From Laetmonice hystrix (taxonomy: Eukaryota), in assembly GCA_965235115.1 (NCBI GenBank), contig OZ249440.1, positions 32,862,001 to 32,926,000 on the forward strand: a stretch of 64,000 nt of DNA, in the 5' to 3' direction. The translations under genes and the position numbers were made by a program. Shown here piece after piece: positions 27,068-39,708 of the stretch; the first letter of the stretch is position 1, and each line of letters opens with the position of its first letter. A model generated the notes under the pieces. It made no database searches, had not been told where the DNA came from, and worked only from the letters and a program-made list of their open reading frames with translations.

Positions 27068-28462
27068 TTACTGTGGCAGTGGGGGGTTAGGCTGTATTGT
27101 TATTTCCAAGGTACTGTGGCAGCAAGGGGTAGGGGGTTAGGCTGCATTGTTATTGCCAAAGTAATGTGGCAGCAAGGGACAGGTCGTTAGGCTGCATTGT
27201 TATTGCCAAGGTACTGTGGCAGCAAGGGGTAGGGGGTTAGGCTGCATTGTTATTGCCAAGGTACTGTGGCAGCAAGGGGTAGGGGGTTAGACTGCATTGT
27301 TATTGCCAAGGTACTGTGGCAGCAAGGGGTAGGGGGTTAGGCTGCATTGTTATTGCCAAAGTAATGGTGCAGCAAGGGGTAGGCGGTTAGGCTGCATTGT
27401 TATTACCAAAGTACTGTGGCAGCAATAGGGAGCGTAAGTATGTCACGTCACAATGCGTGAATCGACGAGAAATGCGCTTTGGAGGCCCAAACTGGCGCCA
27501 GCCAAATTCCGGTTCCGTTCATTTAGCATTGGGAGGCCCATTGAAAAAACGTTCTAACTGATAACTCCAAAAATACTGTTCTCTTTGTTATCAAACAGAC
27601 TATACATCAGAACCAACATCTCTTATGTCAGAAAAAATACATTTCATACTTAAGAAATATTTAATTGTCAAAAGAAAGGCCGATGTTTGGAGAGGTGTAC
27701 GCTTGCCCTATGTTAAACCAGTGGGGGATTGTGACGTAACGGAAGTTGCATGTCGCCAGTGGTCTGACCCAGTTAGACCGAACCTCGTTTTCGGTCGCGA
27801 GACTTACGCTCCCTATAGGTAGGGGGTTAGGCTGCTTTGCTATTACCAAAGTACTGTGGCAGCAAGGGGTAGGGGGTAAGGCTGCATTGTTATTGCCAAG
27901 GTACTGTGGCAGCAAGGGGTAGGGCGTTAGGCTGCATTGTTATTGCCAAGGTACTGTGGCAGCAAGGGGTAGGGGGTTAGGCTGCATTGTTATTGCCAAA
28001 GTAATGGTGCAGCAAGGGGTAGGGGGTTAGGCTGCATTGTTATTGTCAAGGTACTGTGGCAGCAAGGGGTAGGGGGTTAGGCTGCATTGTTATTGCCAAG
28101 GTACTGTGGCAGCAAGGGGTAGGGGGTTAAGCTGCATTGTTATTGCCAAGGTACTGTGGCAGCAAGGGGTAGGGCGTTAGGCTGCATTGTTATTGCCAAA
28201 GTAATGGTGCAGCAAGGGATAGGGGGTTAGGCTGCATTGTTATTGCCAAGGTAGTGTGGCAGCAAGGGGTAGGGAGTTATAGGCAGCATTGTTATTGCCA
28301 AGGTACTGTGGCAGCAAGGAGTAGGGCATTAGGCTGCATTGTTATTGCCAAGGTACTGTGGCAGCAAGGGGTAGGGGATTAGGCTGCATTGTTATTGCCA
28401 AAGTAATGTGGCAGCAAGGAGTAGGGCGTTAGGCTGCATTGTTATTACCAAATTAGTGTTGC
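27068..28462 (-). repeat. Same 50-bp minisatellite in inverted orientation (right array), interrupted by a MITE
   Basis: Reverse complement of the left-array unit (GGTAGGGGGTTAGGCTGCATTGTTATTGCCAAGGTACTGTGGCAGCAAGG). Confidence 0.95.
27427..27814. mobile_element. ISL2EU/Harbinger-group MITE inserted into the 50-bp array
   Basis: Termini AGGGAGCGTAAGT...ACTTACGCTCCCT with AT on both flanks; interrupts a satellite unit. Confidence 0.7.
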
Positions 28463-28944
28463 CACTGGTGTCCACTTTTTCCAAGTGTTCCATATTACTA
28501 TACAGATTCAGGCCAAATTACCGCAGGCTGTTTTACTGTAACTCGCGAAGGAAGTTCTGAAAGGCTTTTTTTTCAGGGCTACACAGTTTCGCATGTTTAT
28601 TGGCATCTCCAAAATTATATAGGCCTACGTGTATATAAGTAGGCCTACATTACCTTGACTACGTCAGCAAACTACGAGTATACCTTTTGCTTTTACGCCT
28701 AAGATTTTTTCCACACCGACAGTTGTAATTCTCTATGTCCAATGTGAAGGGTCGTTGGCAATAAAGCTCATGTTCAAAATATAGTACCACTTGACTTCCT
28801 GACTTTATTCTGTCAATAAACGTCACGTTAAGACAGCATCACCTGACAAAGTACTTCGCCATCGAAAATATCCCTGTGTGTCATGACAAAGGGTGTCAAA
28901 ACTAAATCTCAGGTCCAGAGATTCCATGTTTCCAGACAACAAGC

Positions 28945-30950
28945 TTGTGAAGCTTATAGCCCCCACCACGAACTATGGATTCTTGAAAAAACGATGCACG
29001 ACTTCAATTGATCTTTGAAGGGCAAAGGAAATATTGTCAAATGAAACTTTGTAAACTTAGTAAAGTTCTATGCAGTTGTACAGCTTGATGGCGTTATCCG
29101 GCGTAAAGATGCATGTCTCTGCAATAACTATACAGTTATGTACAGTTTGATAGTGTTATCCGACATGAAGTGTTTTGTAGATATGCTTGACCTCGATTGA
29201 CCTTTAGAGGTCAGTTATGTACAGTTTGATAGCGTTGTCTGGCGTGAACCAACTGAGTAGGGACAAATTATCTGTGGGTCCGGGGACTATACGTACTTTT
29301 CGCACGCTTGTTGCCCCTCATGCATTCTGTCAGCAAGAACGAAATCCAGAAAATGGCAGAGTTATTGCTTCGAACTTCTTTAAATCCAAGATGGTCACCA
29401 AGCCATATATTTGGCCTGTGTCCTCCTTAGACTGTCCCTGGTTATTATGTAATGTTTCATGCAAGATTAGATGTTGTTATTTTCAACTGGTTTGGAGGTA
29501 CAGGCCATTAAAATATGCATGACCTTGATTGACCTTTCAAGGTCGCTCAAGGTCATGGAAAATGACGCCAAATGAAACTTCATATATGACTTCCTATCTA
29601 TCAATAATAATAACTGTTGCCTTATCTTGCACCGTTTTCGAGATATGAGCCAAAACAGTGTTATAGGGGGGGGAGTAAACTATTAATATGGCCGCCATGT
29701 CGCCATATTTGCTCTGATCTGGCAATACATTGGCATATACATTGCCCCTCATATACACCTTCTTTCCACCAAATTTGAAAGAAATCGGGATCGTTTTGTC
29801 CGAGTTATTGCTCCAAATGTGTTTACATCCAAGATGGCCACCACGCGGCCATTTTGACCTGCCTCATCCGTGGACTGTCCCGGATCATGATGTAATGTTT
29901 CATGCAAGATTATGTCGTTATCTTTAACTGTTTTGAAGATCCAGGCTATTGCAAATATGCATGACCTTGATTGACCTTTCAAGGTCGCTCAAGGTCATCG
30001 AAAATGGCGTCAAATGAAACGTCATATATGACTTCCTATCTGTCAATAATAATAACTATTGCCTTATCTTGCACCGTTTTCGAGAAATGAGCCAAAACAG
30101 TGTTATGGGGGGGGGGGTAAAATATTAATATGGCCGCCATGTCGCCATATTTGCTCTGATCTGGCAATACATTGGCATATACATTGCCCCTCATATACAC
30201 CTTCTGTCCGCCAAATTTGAAAGAAATCGGGATCGTTTTGTGTGAGTTATTACTCCAAATGTGTTTACATCCAAGATGGCCACAACGCGGCCATTTTGAC
30301 TGATGTCAAAAATATCCTTGACCTGCCTCATCCGTGGACTGTCCCGGATCATTATGTAATGTTTCTTGCAAGATTATGTCGTTATCTTTAACTGTTTTGA
30401 AGATCCAGGCTATTGAAAATATGCATGACCTTGATTGACCTTTCAAGGTCGCTCAAGGTCATCGAAAATGGCGGCAAATGAAACGTCCTATATGACTTCC
30501 TATCTATCAATAATAGTAACTATTGCGTCATCTTGCACCGTTTTCGAGATATAAGCCAAAACAGTGTCATTGTGGGGGTCAAGAAACAAATATGGCCGCC
30601 ATGTCGCCATTTTGGATCTGAATTGAAATTTTATTGTGATGCATATTGGCCCTCATTATGCCTCATCCCTGCACCATGTTTGAAAGAAATCGTGATTGTT
30701 TTGGCTGAGTTATTGCTCAAAATGTGTTTTCATCCAAAATGGCCGCCAAGCGGCCATTTTGCATGATATCAAAAATCTGTTTGACGTGCATCATCCTCAG
30801 TTCATCCCTGATCCTTGTGTGAAGTTTCAAAGAAATCGACCCATACACTTCTGAGAAATCGCTGTCTACGGACATACGGACGGACGGACGGACGGCCGTA
30901 CGGACGGACGGACGGAGGTCGAATTATAAGCCCCCCGTTGTGGGGGCTAA
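28945..30950 (+). mobile_element. Helentron-associated (HINE/DINE-like) element with internal repeats of about 430 bp
   Basis: (GACG)n microsatellite at 30868-30915 and terminal hairpin AGCCCCCC-GTTGT-GGGGGCT. Three internal GACCTTGATTGACCTTTCAAGGTCGCTCAAGGTCAT modules. An inverted copy lies at 60267-61857. Confidence 0.6.
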
Positions 30951-32220
30951 AAAGGACGTTGGCTAAGTAGGTCATGCTAAGAAATTGTAGTATAGGCCTA
31001 ATCACACTTTTTCCTGTCAAAGTAGGCCTACTTTGGTATTAAAAACCGTATTGATACAGGGCGGATGCGGGATTTAGGAAGGGGGCGGGGTTAAGGGAAG
31101 AATTTTCTGGGCGAGGGGAGTAGTCATGGACAATTAAGACCGTTCAATGGTGAAAAAAGACCAAATTGGCTAGGGGGTTAACTCCCTACCCCCGGATCCG
31201 CCACTGATATAACGCGGTAATAGTCTGAACGTCCCCTAACAACTTTTGTGCTTTCACACTTCAGTGCATGTGTACCCATAGACTTTGGTAACAGCGATTC
31301 CAGACAAAGTTCTTCGTCCACATGTGCAATAAGAGTTCCTGATAAAGTTGCTGACAAAGTACTTTGATACTGAAGCCCACGGTCTTCTGCACAATCGTGT
31401 GGCTTTATAATGTGGACACAGTTACATGCATCAACCCCGAGTTGACCGTATACATGTTTCTTGCTTCCAAAGTACTTTGGCAGGATCAGGCAACAAGCAG
31501 TTTGTAAGCCAGTCGCCCATTGGTACTTTGGCAGCAATTACCCTGGCTTGTTGCTGCCAAAGTAGAAATACTGTATTTTAATTGGTACTTTGGCAATAGC
31601 CTTCTGGTGGTCTTCCGCCCAAAGTACTTTGGCAGCAGCCATTGCCTTATCTTATATAATCCCTCAACAAATATTTCCAAGGAGTGATAAAATATATCTT
31701 TGTATAGAGCAGGTCTAGAGCCTCTTATACGTGGTTTCATTATAGTTGTGTACCTAACACTTTCCTGGGAATAAAATCCCAAACATTTCTAGAAAACACA
31801 GACCTGTGACGGTCAGGAGTGGCGGCTGGCAAAGCTTTATCAAGCCTGTTCTCACCTACGTCCGCGCTTTTGCGGGTGAGTGGTATATAATCCCCACCGT
31901 CAGATCAGACGGGAGACTCACGCCCGTATTCTGAAAGCTCACTCACACTCACACTCATTGAGTATCACTTGAAACTCAATGAGTGTTCCTCAACACTCAA
32001 TGAGTGAAAGATCTACCTCACACTAGAACCTTTCAGAAACCTCACTCACACTTACCCAAGTCATTATTTTGGAGTGAAGGTTGAGTGGGTGGTATACCTC
32101 CCTCAGCCTTCACTCAAGTGAACATTTATTCACCAAAATGGCGTATATGTGGCTCAATAGGTTGGAAAACATTGCAAGATTGGAAAGAAATGTCGGTCAC
32201 TTGCGGAGAGAATTTAACTT

Positions 32221-32524
32221 ATATGAATTATAAATTAATTATATAATTATAATTAATTATAATATATTATAATTATAATATTATATAATATATATTATAA
32301 TATAATTATATTATATTATAATTATATAATATTATATAATTATATAATTATATATTATTTATTAATAATTATTAATTATTATATAATTATTAATATTATA
32401 ATAATAATAATAATTATTAATTATAATATAATTATATTATTATAATTATAATTAATTATATTAATTATTAATTATTATATTAATTATATTAATTAATTAT
32501 AATTAATTTAATTAATTAATTAAT

Positions 32525-32580
<56 letters not shown>

Positions 32581-32745
32581 TCCACTCATATAATTATATT
32601 ATAATATTATATTATTATTAATTATAATAATTAATTAATTCATAATTATAATTATAATTATATTATTATATTATAATATAATATTATAATATAATATATA
32701 ATTATAATAATTATAATTATAATTATATAATTATTTATAATTAAG
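32221..32745. repeat. About 520-bp almost pure A/T low-complexity tract
   Basis: Mosaic of TAAT/TATAAT/ATT units with only a handful of C and essentially no G. Confidence 0.95.
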
Positions 32746-32754
32746 AATATAACA

Positions 32755-32948
32755 AGCTTGCTATCCCGTTTGTTCACTCCGCTTTGCGCATTGAACTCCT
32801 ACGTCAAACTTTCCCATGCCTGGTTTTTCTCCTTCATGATCTTGAAATCGTTCCGTTTATTTTCCAATATTTCCTTATGTTTATCAACTAATTCAATCAA
32901 CGTTGACTTCTCCAGTTCAGAGAAATATTGCCGGCCTGCTTGAGACAT
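32755..32948 (-). pseudogene. Harbinger Myb/SANT-like DNA-binding protein fragment
   Basis: MSQAGRQYFSELEKSTLIELVDKHKEILENKRND...KNQAWESLT*EFNAQSGVNKRD has the Myb_DNA-bind_5-type pattern. One in-frame stop; truncated by the AT tract. Confidence 0.8.
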
Positions 32949-34657
32949 GATGCCAGACTGGCAATACAAAACCAGTGTGGCACACCCAATACCAACTATT
33001 ACACAAGGGCCACTTGACTGAGTCACACTTGAGTGACCTCTGTGAATCTAAAAATATGCTTCACTCAATAAGTGTGAGTGGTCCTTCAAATTATTGAGGT
33101 CACACTCACACTCGTACTTGAGTGTCCCTTGAGCCACACTTGAGGGACACTCGCTTAAGTATGAGTGGAGTGTGAGTGTGAGTGAGCTTTCAGAATACGG
33201 GCGTCAGACTCAGACACTCAGACTCAGTCACACACATACACAGAGAGATATCAGTTCACCACTTGGGTATGGGTCACTCTCTGGACCCACGCTGACCAGC
33301 CACGCCGCTGCCGCTCTTGACTGCCACTATGGACAGCCATTGCCAGGTTGGTGAGTGTTGTATATTGTAGCCAGGTACGCCATGTATCTCTTCTTTGTAT
33401 AATGTTTCCGGCATCCTGCCATCTTCTGTGACACTATGGACATTCCCTGGTGTCCACTCCTCGCCTTGGCCATTTTTATTTAACACCGTCGTAGTGTTTT
33501 ACTCGTAGGCCGTTAGGCCTATATGTTGTTAACAAGGACAGTAATGTCATAAAATCATGGATGTTCTTATTACGTTTTCTTCTTTAATTAACAGTTTGAC
33601 TCCCCCACACAAGGCAGAGTCGGCCATGATCCGGTATTATTCATTGGTGTCGGGTATGTATACGCACTTAAACCCGCTCCACGAAATGTCAATGCCAGCA
33701 ATGTCAATGATTGACAGGGTGCCGTCGACTATGCAGCCTGGGTGTCGGAATAGGGGGGAAGGGGGCCATGCCCCTTTCCCTGTACCTATATCCGCCCCTC
33801 TTAAGGCAGATCTCGAGGCTAACCAGATATAGACGAATTCAAGCTTGCCCCCCTCCCCTGCCCCACACACAACCAACTATCTACGCGGCCTGAGGCTGAG
33901 CCGAGGTTGAGCGGTGAATGGGTCCGATGAATGAAAGTGATGGGTCTTTACTAGTATAAAATTAGGCCTATAGGGTTAGCCCTACCCTAGGTTCCTTGAT
34001 ACTAGACCTACCAGTACCAGTACTACTACTTGTCTCAGTCAGTGGCGTACCCAGAAACTGGACCTAGGGGGGTGCTGGAAATAACCAACGTCGTAGGCGC
34101 TGCAAATTGGCAACAAGCGCACACAAAAAAAAAAATTGGCAAATTGAGGGGGGTGCGTGACCACCCCAAGCACCGCCCCTGGGTACACTACTGTATAATA
34201 AGTCTACATGTTCATCTATCACTAATCTAGACTAAAGCTCTACGTACGGCACGCCCTCTACTCTCGATAGTCGGGCATAGTCTGGTCTAGTCTCTAGCTA
34301 AGCTAGTCTAGCTGGGCCTAATCATGCCTCTGCTGCGAGTCTGCAGCGGTCTCACACAGTCTGAAATCTTTATTTAGATCTTGAGGTTGACCTGTTTAGG
34401 GATATTTTTATCAGGGGGGGGGGGGCATTGCCCCCCTTGAATTTTGACAACCCCAAAAGGTCCAGAATTTTGGGGGGCATATGTTGTGGCGAGATTAGAT
34501 GCCACATAGAGCTCTCGGCTGCAATCAAAATTCACAACTTTAAATAAAGATACCCGCTCATGTCGACGAATGGTCCTGACGTCACAGGTATGACTCGGGT
34601 GTGATCAGGTCCAGCCTGATCACACCTCACAAAGAGAGTTTTAATGAACACTCGTTA

Positions 34658-35032
34658 CAGGGTACCCAGCATTTTGTGAAAATCAAAATCCATGAGTTTT
34701 CCCTGAGATTTCCCTGAGAAATTTCCAAAATTCCATGAGAAATATGTTGTGTTTTATAGAGGTCTGGAGTCAGGAGAGGTGTATTTTTCACCCTGTATAA
34801 ACACTAAAGAGCCACTCTACAAATTATGGATACGACTTAGGACATGCTCAAGATGTACATGCCAAACTGAATTTAAAACCGATGATCTTGCCCTTTTGGG
34901 GCACTGTCAGAATTCCCTGAGTTTTCCCTAATTTTTTATGTTTTCCCCCGATTCCCCGAGTTTTCGCTGACTAGAAAAATGGAGGTTCATTTTCAATGTT
35001 TTCCCTGATTTCCAGAGTGGCTGGGAACCCTG
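34658..35032. mobile_element. hAT-like MITE with 5-bp TSD
   Basis: Termini CAGGGTACCCAGC...GCTGGGAACCCTG, TTCCCTGA subterminal motifs, CGTTA duplicated on both flanks. A related left end lies near 3878. Confidence 0.7.
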
Positions 35033-35125
35033 CGTTAGCAACGCAGGCCCATAGCTATAGTAGGGGTATGGATCTAGACGTGGACACCCTTAACAGCTTC
35101 GCGTTAAGGATGTGGGACAAGCCAT

Positions 35126-35598
35126 AGAGAATTTACCAAATGCGTGGGTTGCCTCGGTTTCAACGCCGATTTCAAATCCCTGTCGCGATGTCTACTTACA
35201 ATAAAATGCCCATGTTAATGTGTATAGTGTTCGCTAGGATCTTGGTCAAGAAATTGTCTATTCCGAAGGTGATTTTGACTTGTCAGGCCTTTTGTTGTAA
35301 GTTCAGTCCGACTTATTAAAACTCTCCGTCGCCATTCGGCTCCGTGATAACATGAATCAGCTGGTTCCGGTTCCATTTGCACATGCGCAGTACCGACAGA
35401 CAACAATGGCGGACAGGAACGAATCTTCGATTTGCTTCGATTCAGGGTATAAAAACGGCCGTAATATATTACAAAAGGAGCGCATTACTTCCTAAACTGT
35501 GCGCCGCACGTCGTCAGATGTAAATGGAAGTAATCATGTATTCGTAGAGATATGAATCGGTGCCGTTTCTTTATTTGAAAGGATTTTGCAAATTCTCT
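35126..35598. mobile_element. ISL2EU-like MITE
   Basis: Termini AGAGAATTTACCAAAT...ATTTTGCAAATTCTCT with AT flanks. Confidence 0.55.
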
Positions 35599-36971
35599 AT
35601 GACGTTTCCAACGACCCTAACACGCAAGTGTAGCCTATAGGGGAGAGTCAACGGCTAATATATGGATCCTACTTTTGTGTTGTTCCTAAAGGCTATGACC
35701 AAAAAAGATTAGTGTAATACAGAATGTGGTATAACAACACATTGTGTCTGGAAAGTTCAGTTCCTAGAGATGTCGAAAACGTCATCAAATTGTGTTTACA
35801 ACTTCCATGGATTAGGGTAAAGACATCGCGTAGTACCGCAAAGTACAAGGTTTTGTGACCTAGTTGTTGTCACGCTGGCAGTCTGTGGTTGAGCGACCGC
35901 TATTATACTTCCTTGGTTATATCTCGATCCTATCGCGCATCATCGCCTCAAAGTCATGTTTCAGACCACTTTTGGCACTGAAACTCGCTATAAGTACACA
36001 AAAGAGGTTACTTCAATAGCTACGTAAATGTATTTTGTTGGATGTTATCTTAGTAGGTGAAATTCTCAGTTTGTTTGGTCAAATACAGCACAGCGCACGT
36101 GAAGAGCGGTGACCCAGTTTATCGGGTGTGCGTGTTTCCGACCTGTACAGTCGATCCGGAACAGGCCGCATAAGTAGGTTGCGCTACCTGCTTAAGCACA
36201 GAGTGAAGCAACCCGTTTCGGATACCAGTCCCGAGCGATCTAACTTTTATCAGTTCCCGCTCACTCGGTGCACCGCAGATGGTAATACACAGATGGTTGA
36301 CGGAGCAATGGACCAGACTTGCTCGTAAACAACTGGACCGTGTGGACGTTATATATGTCCAATAATTATAATCAAGGTCGGAATAGAAATAGGAATACCG
36401 TGGATCTCTATAAAAATCGATGTCATGCTCCGTGGAAGAAGTTTAGTACCAAAACGAAAGGCCGCAAAGTTGCGATAATGGGCGTCTTCGCAGGGCGTCC
36501 AAGAATCGCTGGGCCAGGGTCACTCGACAAAGTAAACGTGTTCTGTCAAAGCTGGCCGCTACAACCCAGTGGCAGGGTTCTTCCCCCATGATAACTTTCC
36601 ACGAAATGTTTGGGCAGGGGTTAGGGTTAAAGTCAGGGATAGGGATAGGATAGGGATATGTTTTTGGGAGGTGTAGGGACTGGGGTTAGGGATAAGGTCA
36701 GGGCCATGGATCTTTACTTTCCACCAAATTTCGTGGGATTTAAGTTATCATGGGCAATATACCAGTGGCAGCCATAGGGAGCTGGGGGCAGAGGGGGCTG
36801 CTGCAGCTACCCCCAATATTTATAAAATGTAGAGGCTCAATGTAGAGCCATAGGCGTAAGTCATTGTGACGTCACTTCTGCCCCCCCCCCCAATATTTTT
36901 TCCCTTCCTACAGCACTGCAACCCCCTACTGAGCAGTTCTCACGTCACCCTTACAAATTAAAGTGGCATTA

Positions 36972-38213
36972 GGGGCAGACCATTTTAATAGCTGGGGGGG
37001 AGGGTATGGTTTTTCTTTTTGACCAAACTTTTTTTTTTACTTCCAACAAAAAACTTTTTTTTTTTCTCCCTGATCAAAAGCAAACAATTTTTTTCCCGAG
37101 GTTGCAGAGACAAACTTTTTTCCAGGACATAATTCTGCAGCAACCATTATGTTATCCCGTAAATTCCTGTTCCACAGACATAGGCACCGGAAGATATTCA
37201 CAGGTGGCGGGGGGGGGGGGGGGGCAAAGACCAAATCATAGGTCCCAAGTTCCAAGTTTTGAAATGCTGGTGGTCCAGGACATAATTCTGCAGCAACCAT
37301 TATGTTATCCCGTAAATTCCTGTTCCACTGACATAGGCACCGGAAGATATTCACAGGTGGGGGGGGGGAGCAAAGACCAAATCATAGGTCTCACGTTCCA
37401 AGTTTTGAAGTGCTGGTAAAGAAAGCGTCGAAGGCGCGAAGCCTCGAGCGGGGGGGGGGGGGGGGGGGCTGGTGGCAGAAAAATTTGAAAATTAAAGTGC
37501 CAAATACACGTTTTCCTGGCATCTAGGAAGAACAATCTCCTGCCACCTTGGAGCTGGGGGGGGGGGCAAAATTATATGCTCCCCCCAGCTTTTGAGCTGG
37601 GGGGGCAAGCCCCCCCCCCGGTTCTGGCGCCGATGACAGAGGTTAAAGAACTGCTCCGGTTCCTAGATATATAACGTCTCTAACACAGTAAGGAATATTA
37701 TGATTGTACTGTACTCAGCTTTGAACCATGCAGTACTTTTATAATAGACTATGAAATACACTGGAAGCTCTAATTGTTTTCACAGATTTGTAGGCTTTCA
37801 AATGTCTTGTAGCAAGCGAATATCTACATAAAACAATTGATCAAGTTATACATAAAATTGCATGTCATATTGTTCAGATTATGTTTCACTCAGTATTGTT
37901 TGGGGTATTGTGCCTAGGCCTAGGTAGCAAGACGAGTAAATTGTACTTTGTTTTTCTATGTTTATTCAAGTGTGGCAGTATAGAGTAGATCTATGCCTAA
38001 ATAAAACTGTTGACCGAGGGGAGCGAGGAAAATTTTTTGCTTCTTTTAATTTTTTTAGCAGTTTTTTTTTTTATAAATCTGCTGCCTGTCAACAATCTAT
38101 TTTTTCACACACATTTGGGAGCAAACTGTTTTTGGGGTCAACTTGGCAAACAAACTTTTTTTTCCGAAAAAAAAACATAGGGCCTACACCCCAGCTATTA
38201 AATGGTCTGCCCC
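36972..38213. mobile_element. PIF/Harbinger-type MITE
   Basis: TIRs GGGGCAGACCATTT(T)AATAGCTGGGG with TTA TSD; internal tandem duplication of about 155 bp (37120-37410). Confidence 0.8.
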
Positions 38214-38217
38214 TTAA

Positions 38218-39708
38218 AGGCAATCGCGCCATTTTAGATTTGACGTTGAAAAAGCTTAGATATTTGGTAGAAGTGAAGATCTATATATGTCTACTTTACA
38301 AAAACATGAAAAAAATATATGGTCACCGTGGAAACCTGAGAGTAACAGCACTGCCACCTTGTGGCCAATTTGGAAATCAGGTAGAACTATTCAACACAAC
38401 ATAAATTCAGTTTTCTTGTATTTATTCACAATCATAAATCACTTGACGACACCAGTTTAATCAGGAGACATGGGTTAATGAAAATACACCAAAGAAATTT
38501 AAAAAATGCAGGTTTTGGGGTGTTTCCAGGATACATATAATTCAACTGAAATGTTAATTTTCGGCAGTCAGATCGGTAAATCGTGTGCCAAAAAAATTCA
38601 ACGTTGACAATTCTTCAAAATTTCAGCAGCGTATGCCAGAGAGGCTGCGTTATCATATGCACAAAGAAAAAATAGGGGTCATCGTGCTTATTTTTTTAGT
38701 AACACGCTCCGTTTACCCCGGAGTTTGGCCAAAAACTGATTTTTTACACGTCAAATGTAGGAATTTCTATTTTTATGCAAAATAGACATCCTAGTTATAT
38801 TAAATATTAAAATCCTTTCAAATATTGAAGGTTTGAAGATATGGATATGAAAAGGCACAAATATATAACAAATTTATTGTAATATGTCTCCATCAGTGCA
38901 ACTGCATATAGGCCTAGTGCTCAGATAAAATGTGCCCATATTTTGCTCTGCTTTGATATTACTACTAACCATCCTGCTTCACTCTGTACACATATTTCAG
39001 TACATAAGTAATGGAAAAACAGATCCAACGGTTCTCCAAAGATTACTGAGACAAGTGCGACTTTGCACTGTGCCTATACCACAGCACTTGGCATTTCACG
39101 TAGAGTATAGGGCCTACTGGCCAGGCCCTGTCCCAGCGCGTATACGACGAGCGGTGACCCAGTCACCCGGTGCGCTGCAGATGGCTGACGGAGCTACGGG
39201 CCCGACTTGCTCGTATACTACCGGACCGTGTGGACGTTATATTTGTCCAATAATCATAATCAAGGTCGGAATAGAAATTTAATTACCGTTGCTCTCTGAA
39301 AATATCGATTTCATGCTCAGTGGAAGAAGTTTAGTATTGAAACGAAGGCCACAAAGTTGCGATAACGGACCTCTTCGCAGAGCGTCGCCGGGCCAGAGTC
39401 ACTACAGCTTGGGTGGTTTCTGATGTTTCCGAAGAGCCTACATTCCTTACACAGCTTCCCGGGAATTTCTGTAAATTTCCCCTCCTCACTTTCTCTGATT
39501 GCTTTATAAACCTTCATTTATGCTTTGCAGGCATATTCAGTCATATATATGGGAACACTCTTGCTTATAAGGTCGAAGTCGGCCGCCAAACAAAAATACC
39601 GCGCAGCGCAAACTGACTTGAGTGGTGCAAAACACATATTACCGGGCGCGGCTACACTCGCTCAACATGCGCAACGATGATGCGCATAAACAAATGGCGC
39701 GATTGCCT
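38218..39708. mobile_element. Kolobok-type non-autonomous element
   Basis: TIRs AGGCAATCGCGCCATTT...AAATGGCGCGATTGCCT with TTAA on both sides. Part of the interior (39147-39400) resembles 36105-36530. Confidence 0.8.

Larger units (their letters stand above)
31921..33203. mobile_element. Internally deleted PIF/Harbinger transposon
   Basis: 35-bp TIRs CGCCCGTATTCTGAAAGCTCACTCACACTCACACTC with TCA TSD. Convergent remnants: a short plus-strand ORF start at 32138 and a minus-strand Myb/SANT-like ORF. Confidence 0.85.
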
